This document shows positions 50,067-60,280 of a stretch of 64,000 nt of DNA, one piece after another. The DNA lies in the IMG/VR virus record IMGVR_UViG_3300028920_000040, positions 32,001 to 96,000 of that record, one strand, 5' to 3'. The notes beneath the pieces were generated by a model. The model had not been told where the DNA came from, made no database searches, and saw nothing but the letters and a program-made list of their open reading frames with translations. Position numbers and translations under genes: made by a program. The stretch is from a virus. Each line of letters opens with the position of its first letter. Position 1 is the stretch's first letter.

Positions 50067-51372
50067 AGAACATTATTTTACAGAGAAGTTTGGTATGGAA
50101 TCTATATATTCTCTGCCAAAAGACAAAGAACAACAGCTCTTTGACTTTTATGCTTTAACAATGTTCAATCCTAGTGCTTTGATGGACGAAGAAGCCGAAA
50201 TGTTTTTTAATGAAGCAAAAGAAACAGTAATAAATGGTCTTCAAAAATCTTTTATAGATGCTTTATATACAGCCATTGCTGCTGAACTTTTTCATACAAA
50301 AGATCAAGCAAAACCATTTCATGAATATGAACATTCTTTTTCTATAAAAAATAGAAAAAATGCAAAAAGTATTATCGAGTCTCAATTTACTCCAGAAGAA
50401 ATAGCTTTAATAGATGATATTTCTAATGAATATGACTATTCTAGAGGCGAATTGGATTATGATCAAAGAGCAAAAATTTTTAAAGAAGGTGGATATTCTC
50501 CTGAAAAATTATATAAATTTGCTAAAAAAGTTTTTAATCTTGATTGGTATGGTGGATATGGCGGCAAGAAATGGAAACAAATTGCAGATGGATTAGAAAG
50601 ATTAATAGATTCAAAATCTCTTGGTGATAAAATGGTCGCTATAGATCATGCTTATGATCTTCAACATAACAACGATACAGTCTTTAATAAAGTAAAAAAA
50701 TTCGCTAAGCACGGAAGTTATAGTTGGCTTAAGAGAGCTTTAGATTTAAAAGCCAAAATTAAAGAGCCTCATGTTTATCTTAATAATATTTCTTCACAAT
50801 TATATAGGCCTCTTGCTTATGCATTTAAAAAACTTTATAATAAAACTCTTGAAGACTTTACTAGACAACAAGCAGAAAATAGAGAAACAAATAAAAAAAG
50901 AGTTTTAGAATTGTGGGCAAAATCAGATGATTTAGATTATATTAAAAGACGTATGATTTATTCTTCACTGAGGGATAACTCTAACGTATCATCTTTTGCA
51001 AGATATGATAGTGAAAACGATGAGATAATAAATACTTTTTATATATCACACGATAATAATGGAATACAAAGATATAGAAACGATCCAGAATATTTTGAAT
51101 TGGAAACGATAACACCAGAAAAAGCAAAAGAAGAAGCAGTAAAAATAGCAAATGATGCAAAAAAATTGAAACCACAAAAATATAAAAATGAATTAAAAGA
51201 TGTACAATATTATGCAAATGTGTTTAATAAAAATGGTGCAATATACTATGATATAGAAGATGATACTTTTGAAAATACTTTTTATTCTAATGCTTTTATT
51301 AATAAAAACCCTGGAGATATATTTAGTTCGACGTTTGTATTGATGAAAATAGTTACTCCAAAAAAAGATTAA
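50056..51372 (+). CDS. paralogue array member 3 (subfamily B)
   Basis: Same core as members 2 and 4. Confidence 0.8.
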   Translation: MKFREHYFTEKFGMESIYSLPKDKEQQLFDFYALTMFNPSALMDEEAEMFFNEAKETVINGLQKSFIDALYTAIAAELFHTKDQAKPFHEYEHSFSIKNRKNAKSIIESQFTPEEIALIDDISNEYDYSRGELDYDQRAKIFKEGGYSPEKLYKFAKKVFNLDWYGGYGGKKWKQIADGLERLIDSKSLGDKMVAIDHAYDLQHNNDTVFNKVKKFAKHGSYSWLKRALDLKAKIKEPHVYLNNISSQLYRPLAYAFKKLYNKTLEDFTRQQAENRETNKKRVLELWAKSDDLDYIKRRMIYSSLRDNSNVSSFARYDSENDEIINTFYISHDNNGIQRYRNDPEYFELETITPEKAKEEAVKIANDAKKLKPQKYKNELKDVQYYANVFNKNGAIYYDIEDDTFENTFYSNAFINKNPGDIFSSTFVLMKIVTPKKD

Positions 51373-51394
51373 ATATAAAATATGGAGAATAATT

Positions 51395-51550
51395 GTGAAA
51401 AAAATTAAATCTTATTTAGACGAAAAACTTTTTGGTGGAAAAAAGTCAGATGTTGAAGTTATTGCTAAGGCAATATCTAAAATAATTAAAGATAAAGCTA
51501 AGGATGCGGGAATTGATCCTAAGGAAATACTTCATTATATCAAGGTATAA
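51395..51550 (+). CDS. 51-aa protein inside the array (not in ORF track)
   Basis: GTG start after GGAG; (M)KKIKSYLDEKLFGG...ILHYIKV*. Confidence 0.55.
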   Translation: MKKIKSYLDEKLFGGKKSDVEVIAKAISKIIKDKAKDAGIDPKEILHYIKV

Positions 51551-51554
51551 TTAT

Positions 51555-52880
51555 ATGAATTTTAGAGAATATTACTTTGTAGAAAAATTTGGTATGGAAT
51601 CAATTTATTCTTTACCGGAAGACAAAGAACAACAGCTCTTTGACTTTTATGCATTGTCATTAATTAATCCTAATGCATTAATGGATGAAGAAGCTCAAAT
51701 GTTTTTTAATGAAGCAAAAGAAACAGTAATAAATGGTCTTCAAAAATCTTTTATAGGTGCTTTATATACAGCCGTTGCCGCAGAACTTTTCCATACACAA
51801 GCACAAGCAATTCCTTTCTATAAGGCTAAATGGGGAAGTTCTAAACAAAGAATAAACGCAATAAATAAAATTGAAAAAATTTTTACTCCTGAAGAAATAA
51901 AATTAGTAGAAGACATGCGTAATTTTGGTTTAAAGAGTTATGATAAAAGAGCAAACTTTTTAAAAGAAAAAGGATATACTCCTGAAAAATTATATAAACT
52001 AGGACAAAAAATATTTGGTTTATCTTGGTCTTCAGGATATGGCGGTAAGAAATGGAAGCAGATAGCCGATGCATTAGAAAGACTGATTAATGCAACTTCT
52101 CCCGGTGAGAAAATGGTTGCTATAGATCATGCTTATGATCTTCAACATAACAACGATACAGTCTTTAATAAAGTAAAAGAGTTTGCAAAACACGGTAGTT
52201 ATAGTTGGCTTAAGAGAGCTTTAGATTTAAAAGCCAAAATTAAAGAACCTCATATTTATCTTCAAAATATATCTGCTCAGCTTTATAGACCTCTTGCTTA
52301 CGCATTAAAACAAATATATGGAAAAACATTAGAAGATTTTATAAGACAAAAAGAAGAACAAAAACAAAAAATTATAGATGATATTTTAAAGAATTGGCCA
52401 GAAAATGAAAGTCAAAAAGGCGTAGATCAATCTGCAAAATTTCGTTCGGTTCAAGATAATGCTCCGGTTAGTATATTTATAAAATATGATTTTGATGAAC
52501 ACAAAATAATCGATGATTCTTTTGTTTCACATCTTCGCGACAATCTTTTAAAATCTTATAAAAATAGCGATGATTATATCGAAATCAAAATAATAAATCC
52601 TAAAGATGCAAAGAAAGAAATACTTGAAAAAGCAAAATTAGCAAGAGAAAAATCTGATGATTATAATGAGCAGATAGAAGTGACACAACAAGACGCAGAA
52701 CAAACAAAAATGGAATATATAATTTATTATGATCCATTGGAAAAATATGAAAATTTTGGTCATACTGGAAGAAAAAATTTAAGATCGGAGTATCAAAGAA
52801 GTAAACCAGGCGATATGATATATGATAGATATGTATTAATGGCAATTATTAAATCGGATGGAAGTGTAGATGAACTTTAA
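51555..52880 (+). CDS. paralogue array member 4 (subfamily B)
   Basis: Start moved to the ATG at 51555 (MNFREYYFVEK) by homology with the other members. Confidence 0.8.
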   Translation: MNFREYYFVEKFGMESIYSLPEDKEQQLFDFYALSLINPNALMDEEAQMFFNEAKETVINGLQKSFIGALYTAVAAELFHTQAQAIPFYKAKWGSSKQRINAINKIEKIFTPEEIKLVEDMRNFGLKSYDKRANFLKEKGYTPEKLYKLGQKIFGLSWSSGYGGKKWKQIADALERLINATSPGEKMVAIDHAYDLQHNNDTVFNKVKEFAKHGSYSWLKRALDLKAKIKEPHIYLQNISAQLYRPLAYALKQIYGKTLEDFIRQKEEQKQKIIDDILKNWPENESQKGVDQSAKFRSVQDNAPVSIFIKYDFDEHKIIDDSFVSHLRDNLLKSYKNSDDYIEIKIINPKDAKKEILEKAKLAREKSDDYNEQIEVTQQDAEQTKMEYIIYYDPLEKYENFGHTGRKNLRSEYQRSKPGDMIYDRYVLMAIIKSDGSVDEL

Positions 52881-54021
52881 AGAATACTATAATTTAAACG
52901 AAAGATTTGGTCTTGATGCGATGTACGTTCCTCCAAAGGATAAGCAGTATCAATTATATGACTTCTATGCATTATCATTAATTAATCCAAATGCTTTTAT
53001 GGATGAAGAAGCTAAGGATTATTTTAAACAAGCCAAAGAATCAATCATAGATGCAACATATAAAGACTTTGTTAATGCTTTATTCTTTTCTATTGCATCA
53101 GAGATTTTTCATATGGAAGACTCTGCATACTTTTCTCGATTGAATCGAAAAGATATAAAAGATTTTTATAATCTTACTGATAAAGAAATGAAATTTGTAG
53201 AAAAAATGTTTGAAGACAACAGTGCAAAATCTAGAGAAGAAAGAAATAAAATAGTAAGACATGAATTTTCCCCACAAGAACTTGCTAACTTTGCAACGAA
53301 AATATTTGCTGGTAATCCAAAAGCATCTCACGAAGTTGGAGAAAATGATATGTGGGAAGAAGGGTATGGTGGAAAAGCATGGTGGAATATTGCTAAAGGA
53401 TATAATAGACTGCTTAATGCAAAATCCATACCAGATAAAATGGTTGCTATAGATCATGTATATGATTTACAACACAACTCTAATACTGTATTTGATAAGG
53501 TACGAGATTATTATAAGAGCGGGTATTCTTGGCTAAAAGATTCATTAGACGATAAAGCACAAATTAAAGACCCACACGTTTATATTGATAAAACATCTCC
53601 TCAATTGTTTAGACCTTTAGCTTACGCTTTTAAACAGTTATATGGAAAGACTATTGAATCTTTTAAAAAAGAACAATCAGAAAAATATGAAAAAGATATT
53701 ATAGAGTTTATGGATAAAAACGGAATTGATCATTCGCTTTCGTTTTTAGTTGATGGTTTTTTTGACGCACTAGAATTTTTAAATAAATATAAAACAGAAA
53801 TGGGACTTTCAAAAGAATGGATTGAAAATCGAAAATTTAGGTTTAAATATAGTTTAATAGATCAAAATCAAAACAATATAGAAGGTGGTATAAACTTTAT
53901 AATAGATTTAATTGAACAACATGTTAATATGGCTAATATACCATCGTCAGAATCAAAGATAATTATTGATAAATTAGAAGATATTATTAATAAGTTATCA
54001 AATTTAAATTATTTTAAATAA
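52870..54021 (+). CDS. paralogue array member 5 (subfamily A)
   Basis: ERFGLDAMYVPP..IDHVYDLQHN core. Confidence 0.8.
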   Translation: MNFKEYYNLNERFGLDAMYVPPKDKQYQLYDFYALSLINPNAFMDEEAKDYFKQAKESIIDATYKDFVNALFFSIASEIFHMEDSAYFSRLNRKDIKDFYNLTDKEMKFVEKMFEDNSAKSREERNKIVRHEFSPQELANFATKIFAGNPKASHEVGENDMWEEGYGGKAWWNIAKGYNRLLNAKSIPDKMVAIDHVYDLQHNSNTVFDKVRDYYKSGYSWLKDSLDDKAQIKDPHVYIDKTSPQLFRPLAYAFKQLYGKTIESFKKEQSEKYEKDIIEFMDKNGIDHSLSFLVDGFFDALEFLNKYKTEMGLSKEWIENRKFRFKYSLIDQNQNNIEGGINFIIDLIEQHVNMANIPSSESKIIIDKLEDIINKLSNLNYFK

Positions 54022-54042
54022 TAAAATTAAAGGTATAATTAT

Positions 54043-55206
54043 ATGAATTTTAGAGAACATTACTTTACTCTTTTGGAAAGATTTGGTCTTGATGCCATGT
54101 ATGTTCCTCCAAAGGATAAGCAGTATCAATTATATGACTTCTATGCATTATCATTAATAAATCCATATGCTTTTTTGGATGAAGAAGCACAAGACTATTT
54201 TAAGCAGGCTAAAGAAGCAATTATAAATGAGACATATAAAGATTTTATTGACGCAGTATACTTTTCTCTTGCTTCTGAATTATATCATATAGGTGATGCC
54301 AGTACATTTCCTGATATGACAGACTCAGAAATAAAAGATGCAGGAATTAATCTTACTCCTAAAGAAAAAAATACTCTAATTAAATTAAAATATATTGATG
54401 ACTTCATTGATGATATTCCAGATAGAGTAACAAGAAATGATGAAATGAGAAATATATTTTCTCCAATAGAAATGGCTAATTTTGCAATAAAAATTTTTCA
54501 AGAGAATATATGGGAAGACGGTTTCGGCGGTAAAGCTTGGCAGGATATTGCTAAGGGATATAAAAGATTAGTTAATGCAAAATCCATGCCAGATAAAATG
54601 GTTGCAATTGATCATGTTTACGATCTTCAACATAATAATGATACTGTATTTGATAAGGTACAAGAATATTATAACGCCGATAAGGGCGGATATAGATGGT
54701 TAAAGAATGCTCTTGATGATAAAGCACGAATTAAAGAACCTCATGTTTATCTAGATAAAACATCTCCTCAATTATATAGACCTCTTGCATATGCTTTTAA
54801 AGAACTTTATGGAAAAACTCTTGAGGGGTTTAAATATGAGCAAGAGCAAGAGCATAAAAAAAGAACATCTGATTATATGAAAAAATGGAATGTCGAACCA
54901 GAATATAAAAATATCATTGAAAAATATTTAAATGCTTTAGATATACTTAAAAAATATAATGTTGTTAATGATTCTTGGGCAAAAGATAGATTAGATATAC
55001 TTGGTATTAATTTAAAAAATCTAAACATTTTTAAAGATAAATTAACTACATTAGAGAAAGATCGCACTATTAGAAATATTAATGGTATTATTGAAAGTAC
55101 AATATCTATGTTTATTATGGAACAAAATGACTCTATACCAGATAGAGTAGCACAAGAACAAATTAATATATTAAAATCTTTAGTCTTAGAAATACCAGAC
55201 GAATAA
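54043..55206 (+). CDS. paralogue array member 6 (subfamily A)
   Basis: ERFGLDAMYVPP..IDHVYDLQHN core. Confidence 0.8.
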   Translation: MNFREHYFTLLERFGLDAMYVPPKDKQYQLYDFYALSLINPYAFLDEEAQDYFKQAKEAIINETYKDFIDAVYFSLASELYHIGDASTFPDMTDSEIKDAGINLTPKEKNTLIKLKYIDDFIDDIPDRVTRNDEMRNIFSPIEMANFAIKIFQENIWEDGFGGKAWQDIAKGYKRLVNAKSMPDKMVAIDHVYDLQHNNDTVFDKVQEYYNADKGGYRWLKNALDDKARIKEPHVYLDKTSPQLYRPLAYAFKELYGKTLEGFKYEQEQEHKKRTSDYMKKWNVEPEYKNIIEKYLNALDILKKYNVVNDSWAKDRLDILGINLKNLNIFKDKLTTLEKDRTIRNINGIIESTISMFIMEQNDSIPDRVAQEQINILKSLVLEIPDE

Positions 55207-55220
55207 ATTGGAGATGTAAT

Positions 55221-56753
55221 ATGAATTTTAGAGAACACTACTATAAAGACGGTAGATTTATGATGCCGATCTGGTATGACATTGCAACTATTAATGAAGA
55301 TGGTTGTATTGAGATGTCTATACCTCATCATTTCTTTCCTGTACTTGTTGAGAATAAAGTTATTAGACTTCGTATAAAAGATCAAGAATTTAATAACATG
55401 GACGAGGCTATTCAATATCACGATAGTCTTATGGAAAAGAAAGGATCAAAAACAAAGAGTGGTGTAGTGTGGGTAGACTCTAAAGGTAATAAAAGAAGCT
55501 TTGAAGTAGTTGCTGACAATATTAAAATAGGTGCTGACACGATTATTCTTAATATGTCTACTGCTCATAAGTGTATGTCTGCTATGCTTGGTATGTGTCC
55601 TTTGGGCGGGAAGTGTTATGCAATTTCTAAAGAAAAAAGATTTGACGCCGCTTTAGCTGGAGATAAAAGACAGGAAGAACAATGGTCCTGTATGACTCCC
55701 GAAGCTATTGCACAAGGTATTAAAGACCTTGCCGCGGCCGATCCCGGTATTAAATATGTAAGATTAAATGAAGCTGGCGAATTTAGAAATTTACCAAAAG
55801 GAAAAGAACTTCTTTCCAAGATGGATAAACAGGCACAAGGACAAGTTGCTAAGGCCGCTTGGGCAGATGTTGATGATATTTCCAAGTTAAAAAAGATTGC
55901 TTCATTAGTTCCCGAATTAAAATTTTATACATATACGCATAGAAAAGATTTACAGGAAGAACTAAAAGGACTTGGAAAAAATATTGTTATTAATGGATCG
56001 GGATTCATGGTAGATAATGCGTTCATGCCTATTGAACTTAATGAATATCTTCCTATTATTGATGGTATTCTTGCTAACAGATATAAAGTTGTTAATGGAG
56101 AAAAAGTTTCTCCTAACAAGGCAACAGAGTGTATTGGAGACTGTAGAGTATGTGATAAATGCAAAGTTGCAAGAGAAATGAATATCTATCTTCCTATTCA
56201 TGGTGCTGGTACAGAAAAACAAAAAGCATTGGATAAAATTAAGAAAAAAGTTATTGGAAATCCTGCTTTTAATAAAATATTAATGGCTGATATTACAGAC
56301 GATGAAAAGGTTGAACAATTGCTTGATATAGTTGGAATAGAAGATAAAGAAATGATTAATAAACTTAAACCTCTTGTAAGACAAAGGAAAGGATTCTTTA
56401 AGAAACTTCTCAATTCAGAAAAATCAAAAGTAGATTTTATTAGTGCAATTGCTTCATATATAGAATCAGACGACGAACCAACAGCCGCCGAAGTTGCAAA
56501 AGAACCTTCTCAATTAGAAAAACAAAAAGCATTAGCCGCTTCTGTTGACGCTCTTATGGGAAGACTAAGATCAAATCTTGAGGCAGCGAGATCAAAAGGA
56601 CAGACAACCGGTGCAAAGAAATGGCAGAATTTTATAAAGACAATAGATAATATTATAGACAAAGCCAGGTCTGGCGAAGATATTAAACCTACTGGTGCAA
56701 TTGCAAAAGAACTTGGAAAAGATATCAAAAGAACTTTTAAGGGAGTTTCATAA
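55221..56753 (+). CDS. GP88-like Cys-rich protein (radical-SAM-like Fe-S motifs)
   Basis: C..C..CYA, YVRLNEAGEF, FYTYT and CIGDCRVCDKC resemble the phage gene-88 family. Confidence 0.55.
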   Translation: MNFREHYYKDGRFMMPIWYDIATINEDGCIEMSIPHHFFPVLVENKVIRLRIKDQEFNNMDEAIQYHDSLMEKKGSKTKSGVVWVDSKGNKRSFEVVADNIKIGADTIILNMSTAHKCMSAMLGMCPLGGKCYAISKEKRFDAALAGDKRQEEQWSCMTPEAIAQGIKDLAAADPGIKYVRLNEAGEFRNLPKGKELLSKMDKQAQGQVAKAAWADVDDISKLKKIASLVPELKFYTYTHRKDLQEELKGLGKNIVINGSGFMVDNAFMPIELNEYLPIIDGILANRYKVVNGEKVSPNKATECIGDCRVCDKCKVAREMNIYLPIHGAGTEKQKALDKIKKKVIGNPAFNKILMADITDDEKVEQLLDIVGIEDKEMINKLKPLVRQRKGFFKKLLNSEKSKVDFISAIASYIESDDEPTAAEVAKEPSQLEKQKALAASVDALMGRLRSNLEAARSKGQTTGAKKWQNFIKTIDNIIDKARSGEDIKPTGAIAKELGKDIKRTFKGVS

Positions 56754-57175
56754 TGTCATTTAAAGATTATTTAAAGAAAAAATTAAATGAAGGCAAATAT
56801 GATAATACTAATTTAGCCGATCCAAATAGTTATTATAAAGTAATAGACTCCTTTGATGTATTTGTAAAAACCGGGTCAAGTCATGCTAATACTTATTATG
56901 GAAGTGGAGAAATTCTTAAGTCTGTTTGGAAGAAAATGTCAGCAGAACCCGGATATGAAATTCATAATCTCATGGGAGGTACATATATAATTCCAACAGA
57001 TACGGACGACTTGGTTGCATGGAAAGTTTTAATAAAAGAACCAGAGTTTGCTCCTTTTGTAAAAAAGTATTATCCAGACCAACAGGTATTTCCTCTTGAT
57101 AAATTAGAACAAATATCTAAAGAAGAAGCATTATCAGGAGTTGATTATATTGATAAAATGGAGATTACAAAATGA
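56753..57175 (+). CDS. hypothetical protein with CTS-like N-terminus
   Basis: Starts MSFKDYLKKKLNE. Confidence 0.65.
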   Translation: MSFKDYLKKKLNEGKYDNTNLADPNSYYKVIDSFDVFVKTGSSHANTYYGSGEILKSVWKKMSAEPGYEIHNLMGGTYIIPTDTDDLVAWKVLIKEPEFAPFVKKYYPDQQVFPLDKLEQISKEEALSGVDYIDKMEITK

Positions 57176-57750
57176 AATTTGCTATGTTCTACGAACAGGA
57201 AATTGACGACTGGCGTGAGAGAAAAGTGTGGCACATCACACCAACAGGCCAAAGAAATCATGTTAAGATAAAAAGTCTTTCTCCAGAAGAACAAGAAAAA
57301 TATAAGCCGGCTTTACTCGATCTTCATGTTAAAAAGAAAAAGAAAAGTGCTGAAAATAAAAATCCTGAGAAAAAGGAAAAGGAGAAAAAAGCTTCAGCCG
57401 GAGAAATTTTAGACCCGGACCTTCTAGATTTTTATTATATTATAAATAGTCCTGAAGATATCGATAAGATAGAAAAAGGAAAATTAATTAAGGCTACTGA
57501 TCTTTCAAGTAAAGCAATAGAATGGTCTGGCGACGATAAATACATAGTTAGTGTATCAAATGTTCCTATTAAGGCTGTTGTGCTTTATAAGAATGATGAA
57601 GGAGAAATGGTACATTTTCCTGAGAATATGAAGACGCACGACAAATATGAATTTATTAAGTTTCAAGAAAACGACGAGTTTCTTTTAAACTTATTTCCAT
57701 TTTTAGAACAAATAACAATTAAACTTTCAGATAAGGAAGAAAAAAAATGA
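57172..57750 (+). CDS. hypothetical protein with CTS-like N-terminus
   Basis: Starts MKFAMFYEQE; coupled overlaps with neighbours. Confidence 0.6.
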   Translation: MKFAMFYEQEIDDWRERKVWHITPTGQRNHVKIKSLSPEEQEKYKPALLDLHVKKKKKSAENKNPEKKEKEKKASAGEILDPDLLDFYYIINSPEDIDKIEKGKLIKATDLSSKAIEWSGDDKYIVSVSNVPIKAVVLYKNDEGEMVHFPENMKTHDKYEFIKFQENDEFLLNLFPFLEQITIKLSDKEEKK

Positions 57751-57956
57751 GCTTAAAAAATTTTCTTATTCAAAAATTAAATGAAGATGATGGCATACCA
57801 AGACCACCAACAGAAAGTGAAAAAGGTTCTATGCAAGCATTATTTAATACTTGGCGTAATATAGGAAGAGGTCTAGCAGATGATCACATGCCTCTTGATA
57901 TTGTAGAAACAGTTGTAAGATATTTAGAAGATTGTGGTTATATTAAAGGAGAATAA
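57747..57956 (+). CDS. small hypothetical protein with CTS-like N-terminus
   Basis: Starts MSLKNFLIQKLNE. Confidence 0.6.
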   Translation: MSLKNFLIQKLNEDDGIPRPPTESEKGSMQALFNTWRNIGRGLADDHMPLDIVETVVRYLEDCGYIKGE

Positions 57957-57957
57957 A

Positions 57958-58233
57958 ATGAATAGCAAATCTTTTCAGCAGTATTTAAACGAAGACATTT
58001 ATGCAAATGCACTTAGAAAAAAATTAACCCCAGAAGAAATTAAAAGGATTGACAGTTTTGTTGATAGTGAAGGAGAAGAGTGGGACGATCTTGAAGGCGA
58101 TCTTTATGATAAACTCATGGATTTCTTTGCTGATGAAATGCCATATGGTGTTATGAAAGCAAGAACTGGTGATCCTATGGAATGGATGTACGATAAATTC
58201 ATATCAATGGGATTTGGAACAAGAGTAAAATAA
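57958..58233 (+). CDS. small hypothetical protein with CTS-like N-terminus
   Basis: ATG at 57958 after AGGAG; starts MNSKSFQQYLNE. Confidence 0.6.
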   Translation: MNSKSFQQYLNEDIYANALRKKLTPEEIKRIDSFVDSEGEEWDDLEGDLYDKLMDFFADEMPYGVMKARTGDPMEWMYDKFISMGFGTRVK

Positions 58234-58234
58234 T

Positions 58235-58798
58235 ATGACTTTCAAAGATTTTTATCTTGACGAAAAGATGGCGAGGTGGAACCTACCTAAAAAGAAATGG
58301 GTATCTTTACCATTGGAAGAACTTAATGATGATATGAAACAACTTCTTTGGAGAATGTATTCGGATTCATATAGTCGTCAAGGACTTGCTTTGAATACAA
58401 AAAATATTAATGAATTGGTTGATAAATATAAAGTTTCCTGGTTCATTGATGTTGATACAGATACTACACCAGAAGCATTTATAATTTATAGAGAATCACC
58501 AGTAGGCAATAAAATTGCTCTTTTAGGAACAGACGATAACCGTCTTTCAAAAAGACTTCTTGTAAGAAAGTTAATTTCTCTTTTAAGAAAGCCAGGTTGG
58601 TATATAGAAGCCTCCCATAAGATTGCAGACATTATTGAGAATAAGGGTGGCAAATGGATTGACGACGAAGAAAAGGTTAAAAAGATTCTTGCTCCTGCGG
58701 AAATAGATGAATGGCTTGGTGATGGAAGATATAAAAGAACACTTAAAGGAACAAATATAGAAGTTACAAAAAGACTCTATGGTAATCCAAGAGGATAA
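58235..58798 (+). CDS. hypothetical protein with CTS-like N-terminus (possible GNAT-like fold)
   Basis: Starts MTFKDFYLDE. The fold guess is weak. Confidence 0.55.
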   Translation: MTFKDFYLDEKMARWNLPKKKWVSLPLEELNDDMKQLLWRMYSDSYSRQGLALNTKNINELVDKYKVSWFIDVDTDTTPEAFIIYRESPVGNKIALLGTDDNRLSKRLLVRKLISLLRKPGWYIEASHKIADIIENKGGKWIDDEEKVKKILAPAEIDEWLGDGRYKRTLKGTNIEVTKRLYGNPRG

Positions 58799-58807
58799 GG
58801 AGTAGAT

Positions 58808-59074
58808 ATGAAATATCAAGATTATTTGACAAAACTATTAAAAGAACAATCAAAAGAAGAAACTAAAATTAATGAGCTTGAAGAAGAAATTTCTGATTTG
58901 ATTTGGAGATATGATCCTGAAGGAGAGGATAATTTTTTTGATGACGACTTAGATAAAATCAAAAAGATTAAAAATCCAAAATCAAAAATTAAAGCACTTG
59001 AAAGATTAATTTCAGATATCAAATGGCGATATGATCCTGAAGGGGAAGACGAAAATAATTTTTTTGATGATTAA
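58808..59074 (+). CDS. small protein with internal duplication
   Basis: ISDxxWRYDPEGED..NFFDD occurs twice; starts MKYQDYL. Confidence 0.65.
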   Translation: MKYQDYLTKLLKEQSKEETKINELEEEISDLIWRYDPEGEDNFFDDDLDKIKKIKNPKSKIKALERLISDIKWRYDPEGEDENNFFDD

Positions 59075-59094
59075 ATATAGTAAAGAAAAATATA

Positions 59095-59223
59095 ATGTCA
59101 TTTAAAAAATATTATAATACAGATATAAATTATAAAATAAATTTAGAAAATGCTCAACGATTATATGGAAATTTAGTTCCTTGGGAGTTAGATAAAAAAG
59201 TTGCTAATAAATTAAGAGGATGA
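59095..59223 (+). CDS. 42-aa ORF with CTS-like N-terminus (not in ORF track)
   Basis: MSFKKYYNTDINYKINLENAQRLYGNLVPWELDKKVANKLRG*. Confidence 0.5.
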   Translation: MSFKKYYNTDINYKINLENAQRLYGNLVPWELDKKVANKLRG

Positions 59224-59239
59224 TGAAAGGAGAATTGTT

Positions 59240-59449
59240 ATGAATTTTGTTAAAAAGTTTTTTAAGAAATTGGCTAAAAAAATTCTTATTAAAAAGATTG
59301 AAGACGAGAAATTTCAAGAAGAAATTACTAAGAAGATTAGAGAAAAGATTGAAATTCCTAATGTAGATGAGAAAGAAGAAGAAAAATTTGTCAATCAGAT
59401 TTATGATGCATTACAGGAATTGCTTGTAGGTATTGTAGAGGATATTTAA
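59240..59449 (+). CDS. small hypothetical protein
   Basis: AGGAG RBS; amphipathic N-terminus MNFVKKFFKKLAKK. Confidence 0.6.
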   Translation: MNFVKKFFKKLAKKILIKKIEDEKFQEEITKKIREKIEIPNVDEKEEEKFVNQIYDALQELLVGIVEDI

Positions 59450-59451
59450 TA

Positions 59452-59853
59452 ATGTCATTTAAAGCTTATTTAAAAGAAAGAGTATTACTTGAAGGTATTA
59501 AACCTATAAAGAATGCTGTTATGAAAAGAACTCATAAGATTGTTAATGCTTTAAATGATTCTGATGAAGAACAGAAACTTAGATGGAATGTCGGTAAGAT
59601 AGATTTTGGTGGAGTTCCTACAGAATTTCTTTTTACTACTGCAGATATAAATGGTAAAGACTATACTTTCTTTTCATATAATGCAGGCGGTGGATCAAGC
59701 ATTGTTGCATGGAATTATATAACTCCAAGTTCTTCTCCCTCTTTTGATGGAACTGAAGGACAGTTACCAGCAACAGATAAATATCAAGACGATCTTTCGG
59801 ATGATGATTTAGAAGAAATTAAAAAAGTGTTTGAAAAAATAAAGAGCAAATAA
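59452..59853 (+). CDS. hypothetical protein with CTS-like N-terminus
   Basis: Starts MSFKAYLKERVLLE. Confidence 0.65.
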   Translation: MSFKAYLKERVLLEGIKPIKNAVMKRTHKIVNALNDSDEEQKLRWNVGKIDFGGVPTEFLFTTADINGKDYTFFSYNAGGGSSIVAWNYITPSSSPSFDGTEGQLPATDKYQDDLSDDDLEEIKKVFEKIKSK

Positions 59854-59854
59854 A

Positions 59855-59908
59855 ATGAAGTTTGAGGAATTTTACATGAAAGAAAATAAAAAGGAGAATC
59901 AAAAATGA
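59855..59908 (+). pseudogene. 17-codon remnant consisting of a CTS-like leader only
   Basis: MKFEEFYMKENKKENQK*; ATGA overlap with the 59905 ORF. Confidence 0.4.
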
Positions 59909-60276
59909 GCTTTAAAAAGTATTTAAATGAAAAAAATCATTTAAAAGAATCCAGATTTTATAAGAGTCAAAAAGTTATATATAAAGACGAGCCATATATT
60001 ATAACTAAAACTATTGCGCCGCCCGAGGGACATGGTTGGTATCATAGTGAACTATATGTCATAATTCAACCAGAAGCTGGCGGTGAAGAAATTAAAGTAG
60101 ATACTGATGAGCTAACTCCTATTGAATCAGATGATAAAGATTTATTATCTAAAAAGGAATTAGTCAAAAAAATATCTTCATTGGCTGCCAAATCAAGATA
60201 TGAGTTAGAAAAAAAATCATTAGGTATTGATATAGACATGATTAATTTTAATGAACTTATGAGTATGATGAAATAA
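59905..60276 (+). CDS. hypothetical protein with CTS-like N-terminus
   Basis: Starts MSFKKYLNE; AGGAG RBS. Confidence 0.65.
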   Translation: MSFKKYLNEKNHLKESRFYKSQKVIYKDEPYIITKTIAPPEGHGWYHSELYVIIQPEAGGEEIKVDTDELTPIESDDKDLLSKKELVKKISSLAAKSRYELEKKSLGIDIDMINFNELMSMMK

Positions 60277-60280
60277 TATT

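Noticed and set aside
51504-51554. N-terminal extension of array member 4 (also track starts at 48726, 30055, 34886, 57934, 1896)
   Set aside because: Homology, RBS position or stop-start coupling favour the downstream ATGs.
47341-55206. Diversity-generating retroelement or CRISPR-like explanation for the repeated blocks
   Set aside because: No reverse transcriptase in the window. The repeats are coding paralogue cores, the differences seen are not adenine-specific, and there is no repeat-spacer periodicity.
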